From: Eukaryota sp. TZLM1-RC
Taxonomy: Eukaryota > Protista > Metamonada: BaSk clade
Direction: 5' to 3'
Length of the DNA: 64,000 nucleotides
Assembly: GCA_040285825.1 (NCBI GenBank)
Contig: JAUPSS010000006.1
Span: forward strand, 992,001-1,056,000
The position numbers and the translations under genes are program-made. The notes under the pieces were generated by a model. That model was given only the letters and a program-made list of their open reading frames with translations. It did not search any database and was not told the DNA's origin. Position 1 is the stretch's first letter, and the number at the start of each line of letters is the position of its first letter. Shown here piece after piece: positions 12,255-22,458 of this stretch.

Positions 12255-13010
12255 ATGACTGTTCCTTCTGTCAACCTCCCGTCTCTTTCTTCCATGAAAG
12301 TTGAAAGTGTTCTCTTGTTCCTACAAGAGTGGAAGATCTATTCTTCTGTGACTTCTAAGAAAGAGCTTGTTCCAGCAAGACTCTTGGTCGATTCTTTTCT
12401 GTTAGAGTCTCTATCTCTCCAGAAATCCGACGTCTCTTTTAGTGACGATGTTCTTCTTAGACATCTACAATCTGTCGTATCGTTCGCCACGTACGAAGAT
12501 TTTAGTCTGGCTATGTCAGAACTGAAGCTTGATGTCCGTATTGGTGACGTCCGAGAACGTATGTCCTGTTACCTGCGACGTTTCCTCCAGGTAAAGAGTA
12601 GGGCTTCCGGACTGAAGTTACCAGACACAGCTTTTCTGAATCGATTTGCCAGAGGAATTCTTCCCGTAGGTCTTCAACGTTCTCTACTAGCGAGAATTCG
12701 AGATGATGTATTCCCAGATCTTCACTCTCTTGTCGAAACCACTACTGATGAGCTGTTGGACTGCTTTAGGGTTGCTTCATGGACTCGTGGTTTCAAAACC
12801 TCAGTGAATGATGTGGAACGTACGGCTGGCACTAAAACGAGGTCCTCTTGGCGCTCTCAGGATTTAAAAAATCAATCGTGCTTCAAGTGCCACAAGCCTG
12901 GACACATCTCCCGCGATTGTCCATCTAAAATCAAACATGAGGTAAATTATTTGTGTCACACAAACGATGCACCAAAGAGTTTAACAAACCCCATATCTTC
13001 CCTCTATTGA
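12255..13010 (+). CDS. gag: Gag copy 8 (251 aa)
   Basis: Intact ORF with zinc knuckle. Confidence 0.85.
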   Translation: MTVPSVNLPSLSSMKVESVLLFLQEWKIYSSVTSKKELVPARLLVDSFLLESLSLQKSDVSFSDDVLLRHLQSVVSFATYEDFSLAMSELKLDVRIGDVRERMSCYLRRFLQVKSRASGLKLPDTAFLNRFARGILPVGLQRSLLARIRDDVFPDLHSLVETTTDELLDCFRVASWTRGFKTSVNDVERTAGTKTRSSWRSQDLKNQSCFKCHKPGHISRDCPSKIKHEVNYLCHTNDAPKSLTNPISSLY

Positions 13011-13051
13011 GCCAGTACTGTATTTGTCCTCAGAAAAGTGGGAAAAAGTAG

Positions 13052-13193
13052 TGTTGTTGTTGAACTCAAATTGAATTAGTAGGTTTCTTTGTATTTCGAC
13101 TGATGACGTGATACTCATTTATGAATCAGTTTTATTAATAAACTACAGATTTTTCTCTCTCTCCTTCGTGTGTTCATCTGCCTAACGGCATCA
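13052..13193 (+). repeat. Complete 142-bp LTR closing the array
   Basis: TGTTG...CATCA termini, preceded by a purine tract, contains AATAAA; matches 23169-23310 and 24137-24278. Confidence 0.92.
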
Positions 13194-14161
13194 TGAGAAC
13201 AGAATTTTTTGTTGATTTATTGGATGTAGAACCAGGAATGTTGAAAAGTCACTTATTTTCTTCCAGCAAATTTGGGGGTATTGGATCGAACGATCGTCTT
13301 CGATCGTTGAAGCATCATTTAATGCTAGTGATGATGCTTTGTTTAATGATGAACATAGAATTGCAAAATATAGTTTAAATGTTGAAGATGATGAAATTGA
13401 GTTTAATGTTGGAGATGAATTTGTTCGTGGATTTATTAATTATGACAATATTTGTGTGTACACGTTTACACAAATAATTTAGATGCATTGAACATTTTGT
13501 TTGATTCTGAAATTAATAAAAATATTAGTTTTATTAATCAAAAAAATTACCACTAGAGTACATTAAGGAAACTTTTTTAAATGGAAAAGTAAGTGAAAAT
13601 GGAATTGAACTCTATCAAAAATGTATTAAAGCTTTTGAAAATGTAGATTTCGATATTTTTATTAAATTCTGAAAAATGATTTTATTTTTTGAAAATGTTA
13701 CGAGATCTTATTCTAGAAAAATTACTACTAAAAATAAAAGATAAAGAATCATTTAGTACAAAAATATAATTGATTTTTAATGAAAAATACAATTGTATCG
13801 AATTTTTAAAACGTAAATTTGAAGATGAGGAAAATATGATAAAACACGAGCCATATTTATTATCATTAATCACCCAAATTTTAGATGTGTCGAAAACAAA
13901 ACTTAAAAATAATTTATTATACTGATTCATTATCTGATTGTTCATCATCTTCATTTTCAAATTCATCTTTTTTTGTCTCCAATTAAATCTATAAAATTTG
14001 ATGTATCAAATGATTGTTCATCTTCATCATCCAATTCTTCAACTTCATCTTTTTTCACAAATTTTGATAAATCACCAGATGTAAGTGCTGATAGTGATAA
14101 TGCCATTTTGAAATAAAGATTAAAAATCATTTAATAAAAAGAACATATTTAAAAGAAAAAA

Positions 14162-14915
14162 ATGAATTTCACTGCATGTGAGGGTTATTGTTCAATCAAT
14201 ACTGCAAAATATTTATTTCGTAATTGTATTTTTGGAAATCCATCAAATGAATTACATATAAGAGGAAGAACATCAAAAGATTTTTTTAGAAAAATGTAGA
14301 CTTTCAATTTCGAAATTAATTGGAGAAGGTGTGCAGGGTTTTAGAAATCCATATTTTAAATTAACTCGAAAATATTATTCATCTGGTTTAGATAGTAGTA
14401 ACATTTCAGATAAAGAATATAAACAAATGTTTGATAAAGCAAATAATGAGGAAACACCAGAAAGTGAATTTATAACAGTGTTTGGTAACAGTGTGACATG
14501 TTTAATGAATGGATTATTGGGTACATTTAAAGAAAAATTTCCAAATATGGTTGTTGCTTTACATCCTGGCAATCATCCATCAATTGAAAAAATTCTTGCT
14601 GCAAAAAATATTGAATTTGTTTATACAGATGAAATTGATTCAGAAATATTTCACAGAATTAGAATGGTTATTGTTCCATTAATTTCATCTAGAGATGGAG
14701 AAATTGTTGATGTAAAAGAATTTTTCAAACAATTTGGAAAAAATGTTTACAAAGTAATGGATGTTGCTCAAGCACTTGGTGTTTTGGATTATAAAGATTT
14801 ATCAGTAAAGACAAATAGATCTGATTTTGCCTTATTTTCATCTGAAAAAATTGGAATGGAAGGTGTGGCTGGAATGACATTTAATAGGAATATTTTACAT
14901 CCAGATGGTATGTAG
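14162..14915 (+). pseudogene. NifS/cysteine-desulfurase-like PLP-dependent enzyme (aminotransferase class V), C-terminally truncated
   Basis: After correcting one T-run at ~14285: FGNPSNELHIRG..LEKCRLSISKLIG, NHPSI, VMDVAQALG, DFALFSSEKIG. These match the GNPSS-H-G, EH-S, DA-Q--G and S-HK motifs. Confidence 0.7.
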
Positions 14916-15168
14916 ATAGTTTTTGGAAAGTGTTTAGAAAAAATGAATTAAATCAAGTATATTGTAAATTTTTATTAAAACGAATGAAAATGTTTAACAA
15001 CAATGAATTTGATGATATGATTTTATATATAAAAACAATAAAAAGAACCAATAAAACACATATTATAAAAAAATATAGTTGAACAATTAAATTTGTAAAT
15101 ATACTAAAAAAATATACCAAAAATGAGTTTTGAAGAAAACTTTTTAAATATGATTCTCGCAGAAATTC

Positions 15169-15456
15169 TTGGAACTTTTTGCATATGAAGAAGATGTTGA
15201 TTTATCTATGATTGCTGAATCCGAAGTTATAGTTGCAAAACCAAATGATGAAATTATTAAAAATATATTAAGTGATTATGATCCAGAAGAAATATCAACT
15301 TTTAAATATATTAGAATTAAAGGAAGTCCACAAGAACAAATTGAACGAATTTATCATTATTGGAAATTCTTTGATTTTGATAGTGATGAATTTGAATTTA
15401 TAAGAATGGTTTTGGAAAACGTAATTGGTTTAAAAATTAAAAAAATGATTATTTAA
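15169..15456 (+). CDS. Hypothetical virus-like protein
   Basis: Acidic ORF within the gene-dense block; true start may be ~15123 via a homopolymer frameshift. Confidence 0.4.
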   Translation: MELFAYEEDVDLSMIAESEVIVAKPNDEIIKNILSDYDPEEISTFKYIRIKGSPQEQIERIYHYWKFFDFDSDEFEFIRMVLENVIGLKIKKMII

Positions 15457-15463
15457 TTTTAAA

Positions 15464-15902
15464 ATGAATTGGCTTTATGAAAATGTCGATTATGATTTAT
15501 AATGCAATAGTTACAAAAATGGAAATTATTGTGAAAATGTAATTGCAAAATATTTAAGTTTTGAAAGAACATCTATTAATGAATTTAAAAAGAAATATCA
15601 AAATTATCCATGTCCTGATATTGAAACTCCAAATTATTTCTTAGAAATCAAATCAATGAATTGGACTTCAAGTGGTTCTGCTTGGGAAAAAGTATTGGGT
15701 TGTCCAATAAAATATTTTTGAATTGGCAAAAATTAAACCAGTAAAAATAATTCTGTGTTGTAAGATATTGGATCTATGTAATGGATATGTAATTGGTGAT
15801 TTAAGTGTTGAGCGAAAGGAATATATAGATTTTTGTAAAACTCGCAACATTACATTTCATTCTGTAAAAGAGTTGATTGATAAACCTCATTTATTTATTT
15901 AA
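15464..15902 (+). pseudogene. PD-(D/E)XK nuclease, putative restriction endonuclease
   Basis: Manual translation: CENVIAKYL...CPDIETPNYFLEIKSMNWTSSGSAWEKVLGCPIKY. In-frame TAA at 15500 and a T-run frameshift at ~15718; immediately upstream of the Dam-like gene. Missing from the ORF track. Confidence 0.65.
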
Positions 15903-15922
15903 AAAAGAATTTTTTTAGCCAA

Positions 15923-16231
15923 ATGAAACCATTCATTAAATGGGTTGGTGGAAAAACCAAAAATTTTCTTTAATAAAACCATACATTCCATCAAACTTTG
16001 AAACCTATATTGAACCATTTATTGGTGGTGGTGGATTTTTATTAAATATCTTACATCATTTTTGATATGAATAATTTTTATCCAAAAATAATTGCAAATG
16101 ATATCAATCCATATATAATTAAAATGTATCAATTATTAATAGAATCACCTGATAATATTTCAATTGATTTTACAAATAAAAATACATCAGAGGAATATTA
16201 TAGATTACGGGACTTGTTTAATAATTCCTGA
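15923..16231 (+). pseudogene. Dam-family (D12 class) DNA adenine methyltransferase, N-terminal half
   Basis: Manual translation across frameshifts: MKPFIKWVGGK, YIEPFIGGGG, IIANDINPYII, EEYYRLRDLFN. The DPPY half is absent. Confidence 0.85.
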
Positions 16232-16832
16232 GAATAAGCTTAATTATTTAAGTCAAATTAGTATAAAAATCTTAAACGTTTAGAAATTTATTCACCAAAT
16301 AGTTTTGATAATATAAAATTTTCTGGTTTAAATAATGTTGAAATTATAATTCATTGAATGATTTTTTTATAAAATTAAATAAATCCATTGACCAATATAA
16401 AGAAAAACCAATTAATTGTTTTTTTAATTTAATGTATTTTTTTAATAAAATGGATTTTGGGACAATTCTACATCATTTATTAGCAATTGCAGTAATAATT
16501 ATAATTACTGGTGGTGCGGTTTTTTATGCTTATTCTAAAAATAAATCAGAGTTTACACCATCGAAAGTTATTGAACTTGAAAATAATTAAAATTAATGAT
16601 TGTGGTTTAAAAAACCATATTGTTTCTTTAACAAATAATTGGTCAGCACAATTGGAGATTGGAAACATCTGCTTCTGCAAAGGGGGTGATTACTGCAGTG
16701 AAGTCGACACAATGTCATAGTTTTCCACCTTGAATATGAGCCATTGACACAGAGTGTTGACTCTCGTCAAACTGATTTTCTCGCACACAAACCTGGATTT
16801 TCAAACTCTTTAGAAACTGAGCAATCGTCGCA

Positions 16833-17130
16833 TTAACCGATTGTTAGTCTTTTAATGTTACAATCTTGAATAACTTTCAATCTATTAAAATTTAATTTGT
16901 CAATCCTAAGATCAATTAGATTAGGTAATAATGAAATTATTTTAAACAAATTTTCTTCACAACCTTTTAATTCTAAAGTTTTTAATTTAGTTAAACTAGA
17001 GAAATCAGTTCTAAAATGTTCAAGTCCCATATAAGTTGAATCTAGTGCTTCTAAATTTTGTAAATTTGTAAAATCAAAAATTAAATCAGAACCATCACAA
17101 AGGAGATTTATGATTTCTAATTTTTTTAAT
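16833..17130 (-). pseudogene. Leucine-rich-repeat protein fragment
   Basis: FSSLTKLKTLELKGC, LPNLIDLRI-type repeats. Confidence 0.5.
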
Positions 17131-17198
17131 TTTTATTCTTACAAATTCCCAAAGACTCTTGGTATGGAATTTCTGAAATTCAATTATCCTATGAAGGA

Positions 17199-17610
17199 AT
17201 GCAAAGTGAACCACTTTGTTTCACTGCAGCAACTATTCGTAGATATATGAATTCAATGGATCAAGAATACCGCGAAAGTGTTTTAGACATTCTCGAGTGT
17301 GCTGAAATTGATGATCCCCTTGAAATTTTAACTGCTGAGGATATGCAAGAATTTTTGATGGAACATTCAATTGGTTATGAAGAATCTAGAAGTGCAGATC
17401 ACAATACTCATTATGATTATGTTAAAATTCCACCCTATTCAACTCAATCTCGTTCTCTTTCTTTCAGAATTCCAATTCCTACTTTTATCAAAACTTTCTT
17501 ACCAATTAATAAAGCAGCCAACATTGAAATTACTTTTGATGCCACTAAAATGTTTAAATTTTTACATGTCACTGGTCTCAGAACATCAGAGTTGGTAAAG
17601 ATTGGTGATT
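17199..17610 (+). pseudogene. Possible tyrosine recombinase/integrase N-terminal fragment
   Basis: TAATIRRY plus, ~110 aa later, FLHVTGLRTSELVKI (box I-like TGxRxSEL). No HxxR/Y box II follows. Confidence 0.45.
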
Positions 17611-18212
17611 TAACTGGAGGTGAAAATAATGAAGATGATCATTTAATTCCAGAAATTAAATCAACTAGTGAAGTAAAAAAATATTTGAAAAGAAGAATTG
17701 AGGAGGAAGAGTATCACACAGCAATGAGTGAAATTATTGGAAGTGATGAATTTAATCTTTATAACAAACCAGAACACATTAAATCTAATAATGATTTTAT
17801 TTTAAAAATGGTTGAAAGACATCCATCACAATTCATTCACGCACATAATTGCTATGATTAAGCAGGTGAAGCAATTAGAATTAATCCAGAAGTTCGAAAA
17901 TATTTGGGAAATAGAATTTTGAATTCAAAACAAAAACTATTAGAATTGATTGAAATTGACCATTCTGTATATAAGGAAATTGATATCAAACTTTTAAAAG
18001 AGGATATTCCATTTGCGAATAAAGTATTGTCAATTTTAAAAGATAAACCTTTAACAAAACGTGAAGTTGTAAAAGTTTTAACATTCAATCCAAAACAATT
18101 ACGCGATTTATTGGAAACAAGAGAAGACCATTTAGATTTGTATTTAGTTTTAAATTTAATTGAAGTTGTTGATACTAAAATTAATGTATCAGAATTTTTA
18201 GATAAGTTATAA
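17611..18212 (+). pseudogene. Helical-repeat protein resembling DUF4116, with an in-frame TAA at 17859
   Basis: PEHIKSNNDFILKMVERHP / LKEDIPFANKVL-type repeats; ORFs 17199 and 17904 share a frame. Confidence 0.35.
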
Positions 18213-18222
18213 AAATGATTTT
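18211..18222 (+). promoter_or_regulatory. AAAAATGATT motif, putative viral promoter (also at 13672, 15441, 19194, 22489)
   Basis: Five occurrences, each starting 22-25 nt upstream of an ATG (13695, 15464, 18234, 19219, 22511). Confidence 0.6.
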
Positions 18223-18233
18223 TTTTACGAAAA

Positions 18234-18866
18234 ATGTCATCTTTGGATTTCTTGAAATCAGCACTTAATTCAATTGAGCAAATTGAACCAGTCACTGAAC
18301 CAATTTCTGAAATAGAAACATCTAATTCAGAAACACAAAACGATGAAACAACAATTGATTTAAGAAAACATCTTCTTGATGCAGAAATCAAAAAAGAATT
18401 GAGAACTAAAATGAAAAATTATGTTTCATTTCAAGAAGATTCAGAAGATGAACAACCCATTGTTGTTGAAAAACCAACAGTTGTAGAAAAACCATTCAGT
18501 GAATTACAAAAAATATTTTTAGCAAATGGTGGAAAGAAAATGGTTGAATTGAAAAAACTATTAGCTTGGTATATAAACTCAAAACAAAATTTAACATTTT
18601 CTAAAAAATATCTCTACAAATCAATTCCTATTGGTGGTGGAAATATGAGATTGGAACCTGTCAAACACACTGCCTTTGGTTTATATGGAATTGGTAAACC
18701 ATTTGAAACTAATCAAACATTGCCTGATGAATATGTTTTAGTTGATGGAAAAATTACAAAAATAACCAAACACGAATATGTTGTCTATGGTGTTGTTAAA
18801 AATAATACAGCAACAATTCATAATTTTCCACAATATCGAATTCAAGCTGATGATGGATGTTATTGA
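18234..18866 (+). CDS. Hypothetical virus-like protein (210 aa)
   Basis: Intact ORF preceded by the upstream motif; no family recognised. Confidence 0.55.
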   Translation: MSSLDFLKSALNSIEQIEPVTEPISEIETSNSETQNDETTIDLRKHLLDAEIKKELRTKMKNYVSFQEDSEDEQPIVVEKPTVVEKPFSELQKIFLANGGKKMVELKKLLAWYINSKQNLTFSKKYLYKSIPIGGGNMRLEPVKHTAFGLYGIGKPFETNQTLPDEYVLVDGKITKITKHEYVVYGVVKNNTATIHNFPQYRIQADDGCY

Positions 18867-19191
18867 ACCAATTCATAAAAAACTTGAAAAATTGTGTCTA
18901 AGAATTGTTCACAATGTTCAAAGACCAATTGAAATGATTGAAAAATATGAAAATATGTATCTTGCGAATGAAATATCTATGGATGTTTTAAAGAAAAAGT
19001 ATTTTGAACTTCGTTTTAAAAATATGATGTTTGGAGAAGTTCAAGCATTGTGGAATGTAATGCAAGATTTATTTTGTAGAGAATTAAGAAACTTTGAATC
19101 TTCCAAACCCATTGACAACTTACTTGATTTATTTTACAAAGAAGTTGAAATAATTTCAAAAAGATTTAATAAAAAGAAAATAATTCTGTAA
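18778..19191 (+). CDS. Hypothetical virus-like protein (probable start ~18854)
   Basis: ORF tightly packed behind 18234-18866. Confidence 0.45.
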   Translation: MLSMVLLKIIQQQFIIFHNIEFKLMMDVIEPIHKKLEKLCLRIVHNVQRPIEMIEKYENMYLANEISMDVLKKKYFELRFKNMMFGEVQALWNVMQDLFCRELRNFESSKPIDNLLDLFYKEVEIISKRFNKKKIIL

Positions 19192-19218
19192 ATAAAAATG
19201 ATTTTTTTTTCAAAAAAT

Positions 19219-19810
19219 ATGATTACATTTCTTGATCAAAATCGATACTATTTCAGATTGGCATTTTTATTATTCATATAATAATATTGCAGCAACAGAA
19301 AATCCAACAAAGCCATCCATTGAAAAATTAAAAAATCGTAATATAAATCCAACTACTTATACAGATGATCAAAAATCATTATTATTTGGTCATCCTTTAG
19401 ATATGGAATATACGATTGGAAAAGCTGGAATTTTAAAATTAGTTGAAATTAACAGAGATGAAATTCAAAATGAATCACAAAAAATAATAGATGATGACAC
19501 ATTTAGATTTATGGTTCCAATTGATTGGTATATACCAGAAAAACATGAAATTTTAGGATTTTATGAAACAAATGAATCACACATACATGACAAATTAAAA
19601 ACATATCTTAGATTGCCAAATTATAAAAAATTCAAAGCTAATGCAATGAAAAAACTTTTACCCAAAACTCCATTTATTGAACCAGATGCATTAACAACAA
19701 TAGATGTTTTGAAAATATTATCATCATCTATAATACTCCCTGATAAATTTATTGATAGAATCTATTATGATTGGTTTATCATCCTTATGAATATAATTTA
19801 TCTTATTTAA
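19219..19810 (+). CDS. Hypothetical virus-like protein (N-terminal frameshift)
   Basis: Upstream motif at 19194, ATG at 19219, long open frame 19232-19810. Confidence 0.45.
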
Positions 19811-20248
19811 GTCTTCAATAAAGTTTTCATAATCAAAATCATCAATAGATGGATCAGAATTTTCTGAATTAAGAATATCGTCATCAGTAATACTGTTAAT
19901 AACATCAGGTTGTGGTTGTTTGTCCACTTTGATTTTACTGGCGTTTTCTATTATCTCATAATATTTACCCATATCATCATTTGGATCATCATTTGGACCA
20001 TCATTTGGACCATCATTTGGACCACCATAATGAGTTTCATCACTATCAGGATCATATAATCCAAATAGTGTTTCTGTATGACATGATGGATTAAATATTT
20101 TATCATCAATTGAATGTTCAAATAATGATGCCAAATATCCAATAAAGGCAAAATCATTATTTGATGTGAAATGTAAATTATCTAGTGCAATTCTATGATT
20201 ATAAAGATATAACATATCTCCATAAGATGATGTTGATAATTCTTTCAT
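19724..20248 (-). CDS. Hypothetical acidic protein with (G/D)PND repeats
   Basis: 174-aa ORF; 12-bp tandem repeat (CATCATTTGGAC) x4 at ~19975-20023. Confidence 0.45.
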   Translation of the reverse strand: MKELSTSSYGDMLYLYNHRIALDNLHFTSNNDFAFIGYLASLFEHSIDDKIFNPSCHTETLFGLYDPDSDETHYGGPNDGPNDGPNDDPNDDMGKYYEIIENASKIKVDKQPQPDVINSITDDDILNSENSDPSIDDFDYENFIEDLNKINYIHKDDKPIIIDSINKFIREYYR

Positions 20249-20900
20249 TTTTCCACCAATTAATTTTTCAACTGCATCATTTAGGAAATCAATTTCACCA
20301 TAATATAATCTTCTATCAATTGGAATAATTGATTCAATTGGACTATTAATGAATTCAGAACGAAGGAACCTTCCAGGGAATTTTGTAGAGTCACTAAATC
20401 CCTCAACAATTGATTTAATATAACTATAATTAATTGAATTTAAATGTTCTCAAAATTTGAAATAATTATTTTCAAAGTCATCTGATAGATGTGATATTTT
20501 TACCTTTTTATATCCTCCACTACGTCTTCTAACAATATGTTGAGGAATGAGACCAATGTGTCTCACAAGAATTGGATAACTTTGATATCTCTTGATTGAT
20601 TCATTAATAATTGTTTCAACCTCTTTCATATTTCCTCTGAGATATGCATTTTGTAATAGATTTTCCATTTTTAAGAGAAAACAATAAATTTTCAATATCG
20701 AAATAATTAATTGAAATTAATACAGATTGCATATATTTCGATAAATCCAACACCATCAACTCAATGCGTTGTCTTTCTTTATCCTGCATATTGTGAAATT
20801 CTTCCATTACACTACTAAATTTTTTCAAAAAACTGTGACGACATATTGTTGTAATAAACATTTATAAAAAACAATAATAATCTATTTAATTTAATTACAT

Positions 20901-22145
20901 TTAAGAGTTTTTTGTTTTGTTTATTGTGTAATCTTTATGAAATACTGCAGACAATTGTCTTTCTGTATCATCGGTATTTGAAGCAGTTCCAATCAAAACA
21001 CTTTCTCCTACTGATGCACTTCCTCTTGGATGAGTTCCATCAAATGTATTATTGTTAAAGTAACGAATGTAATAATTACTAGCACTAGTAGTAAAACGTA
21101 AAGCATTATCTGTTACAAATCTAATATCACTTTTTAATTCTTCCATTTTCCCAAGATAAAGCATCGCCCAAGTTTCCACTATTTTCAGTAAAGTTTGAAT
21201 TGAAAATTTGAACTTCATTTGATTGCAAAAGTCATTACATTTTTTTTCACATCATCTCCTTCCCCAGGATTGTGAATGTTAAATTTAATGTAGGAAGTGT
21301 CAAATCCCGAATTACATTTGTAGGCAATAGAATGTGAACGAGCATCAGTATCATTTCTTCCAAGAACAATTGTTCCCTCACTAAATCTATCGTGAATTGT
21401 TCTCAAGTCAATAGTTTGAGGGGCTGAAGAAAAAGATCGCAGGAAGTTGTTTACCACCATATTCAAACTCAATGGAATTTAAATAAATATTATCAAATGT
21501 TTGTGGTTCAGTAAAAGAATTTGCTTCATTTATTCTTGCCAAATCAGATGCTAAAACTCCACTAGTTAATCTTTGTTCCCCACCATTCCATATTTGAATT
21601 GTTCCATCAACTGGTTCTAATTCTCTAGTTGCAAGTGGTTGTTCATCCCCAATATCTCCAACATAAGCAATTCCATTTTTTGTCAAAACCAAGTCTACCA
21701 TCATTTTTCTCCATCATATTTAGTTGCAATTAATCCTGTGAATACTCCATCCAATAATGAATGTTCAGCGCCTTTTCGAAGATAAATATTTTCATTCTCA
21801 ACTTTTTAAATCAGTTGTTGTGACTTTGACATTTTCACCTTGAACATAAACATTTCCACCTACAACAACATCACCACTCACATTCATATTGTCTGTTGAA
21901 ACTGATTTAATAAACACACCAGAAGAATTAAAACTAATTAAATCAACTGAACCATATGTTAATGTGGTACCAGATGATACTTTTATTTTTTCTTTTATTA
22001 AAATTTCATTAACAGAAATACCATTTTCAATCCACTCAATTGGAAGTGTGTGTGGCTTCTTTTTGTATTGAACAATTTTTATTTTATCACTCGAATCAAT
22101 TCCAATTATATTTTGAAAATATGAATAATCAATTATATATACCAT
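20901..22145 (-). pseudogene. Fibre/tail-like virion protein split by frameshifts
   Basis: Four overlapping ORFs join as VSGDVVVGGNVYVQGENVKVTTTDLKVENENIYLR...GLIATKYDG..DGRLGFDKNGIAYVGDIGDEQPLATRE, a beta-rich pattern typical of viral fibre proteins. Confidence 0.5.
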
Positions 22146-22180
22146 TGTATAAAAACTATAAAAAATTTTTCAATGAAAAA

Positions 22181-22458
22181 ATGGAAAAATTTGAAACTGA
22201 AGATGTTATTGTTTATTATGGATTTATTAAACGAGAAATTAATAAAGTTTCTTTATTAACAAAAATTGTGAATTAATATGTGATGAGAATGTAATTGTTT
22301 GTAAAAATGATTATTTACCACCAACAATTAAGTACAATCATAATTGTCCAATTTGTTATGATGATTTTATCAATCCAGTTGATTTGAATTGTAATCACAC
22401 ATATTGTATGAGTTGTATTGATATGTGGGATAATGGATGTCCACAATGTAGAAAATAA
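22181..22458 (+). pseudogene. Small C3HC4 RING-finger protein (one frameshift ~22265)
   Basis: Manual translation CPICYDDFINPVDLNCNHTYCMSCIDMWDNGCPQCRK* (22345-22458). Missing from the ORF track. Confidence 0.85.

Larger units (their letters stand above)
5759..13193 (+). mobile_element. Head-to-tail array of 8 gag-only LTR-retrotransposon units (~911 bp period), all lacking the 52-nt LTR/PBS segment, closed by one full LTR
   Basis: gag ATGs at 5873, 6784, 7696, 8607, 9520, 10434, 11343, 12255. Each unit is truncated LTR (TGTTGTTG...CTTC) + gag + purine tract. Left flank CCAG, right flank TGAG. Confidence 0.95.

Noticed and set aside
5759-13193. CRISPR-like repeat-spacer array
   Set aside because: The intervening sequences are near-identical protein-coding units, not unique spacers, and there are no cas genes.
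15500-17861. Reassigned stop codons (TAA/TAG as sense) explaining in-frame stops
   Set aside because: Host, LINE and viral ORFs end normally in TAA/TAG; the internal stops are sporadic and accompany other decay.
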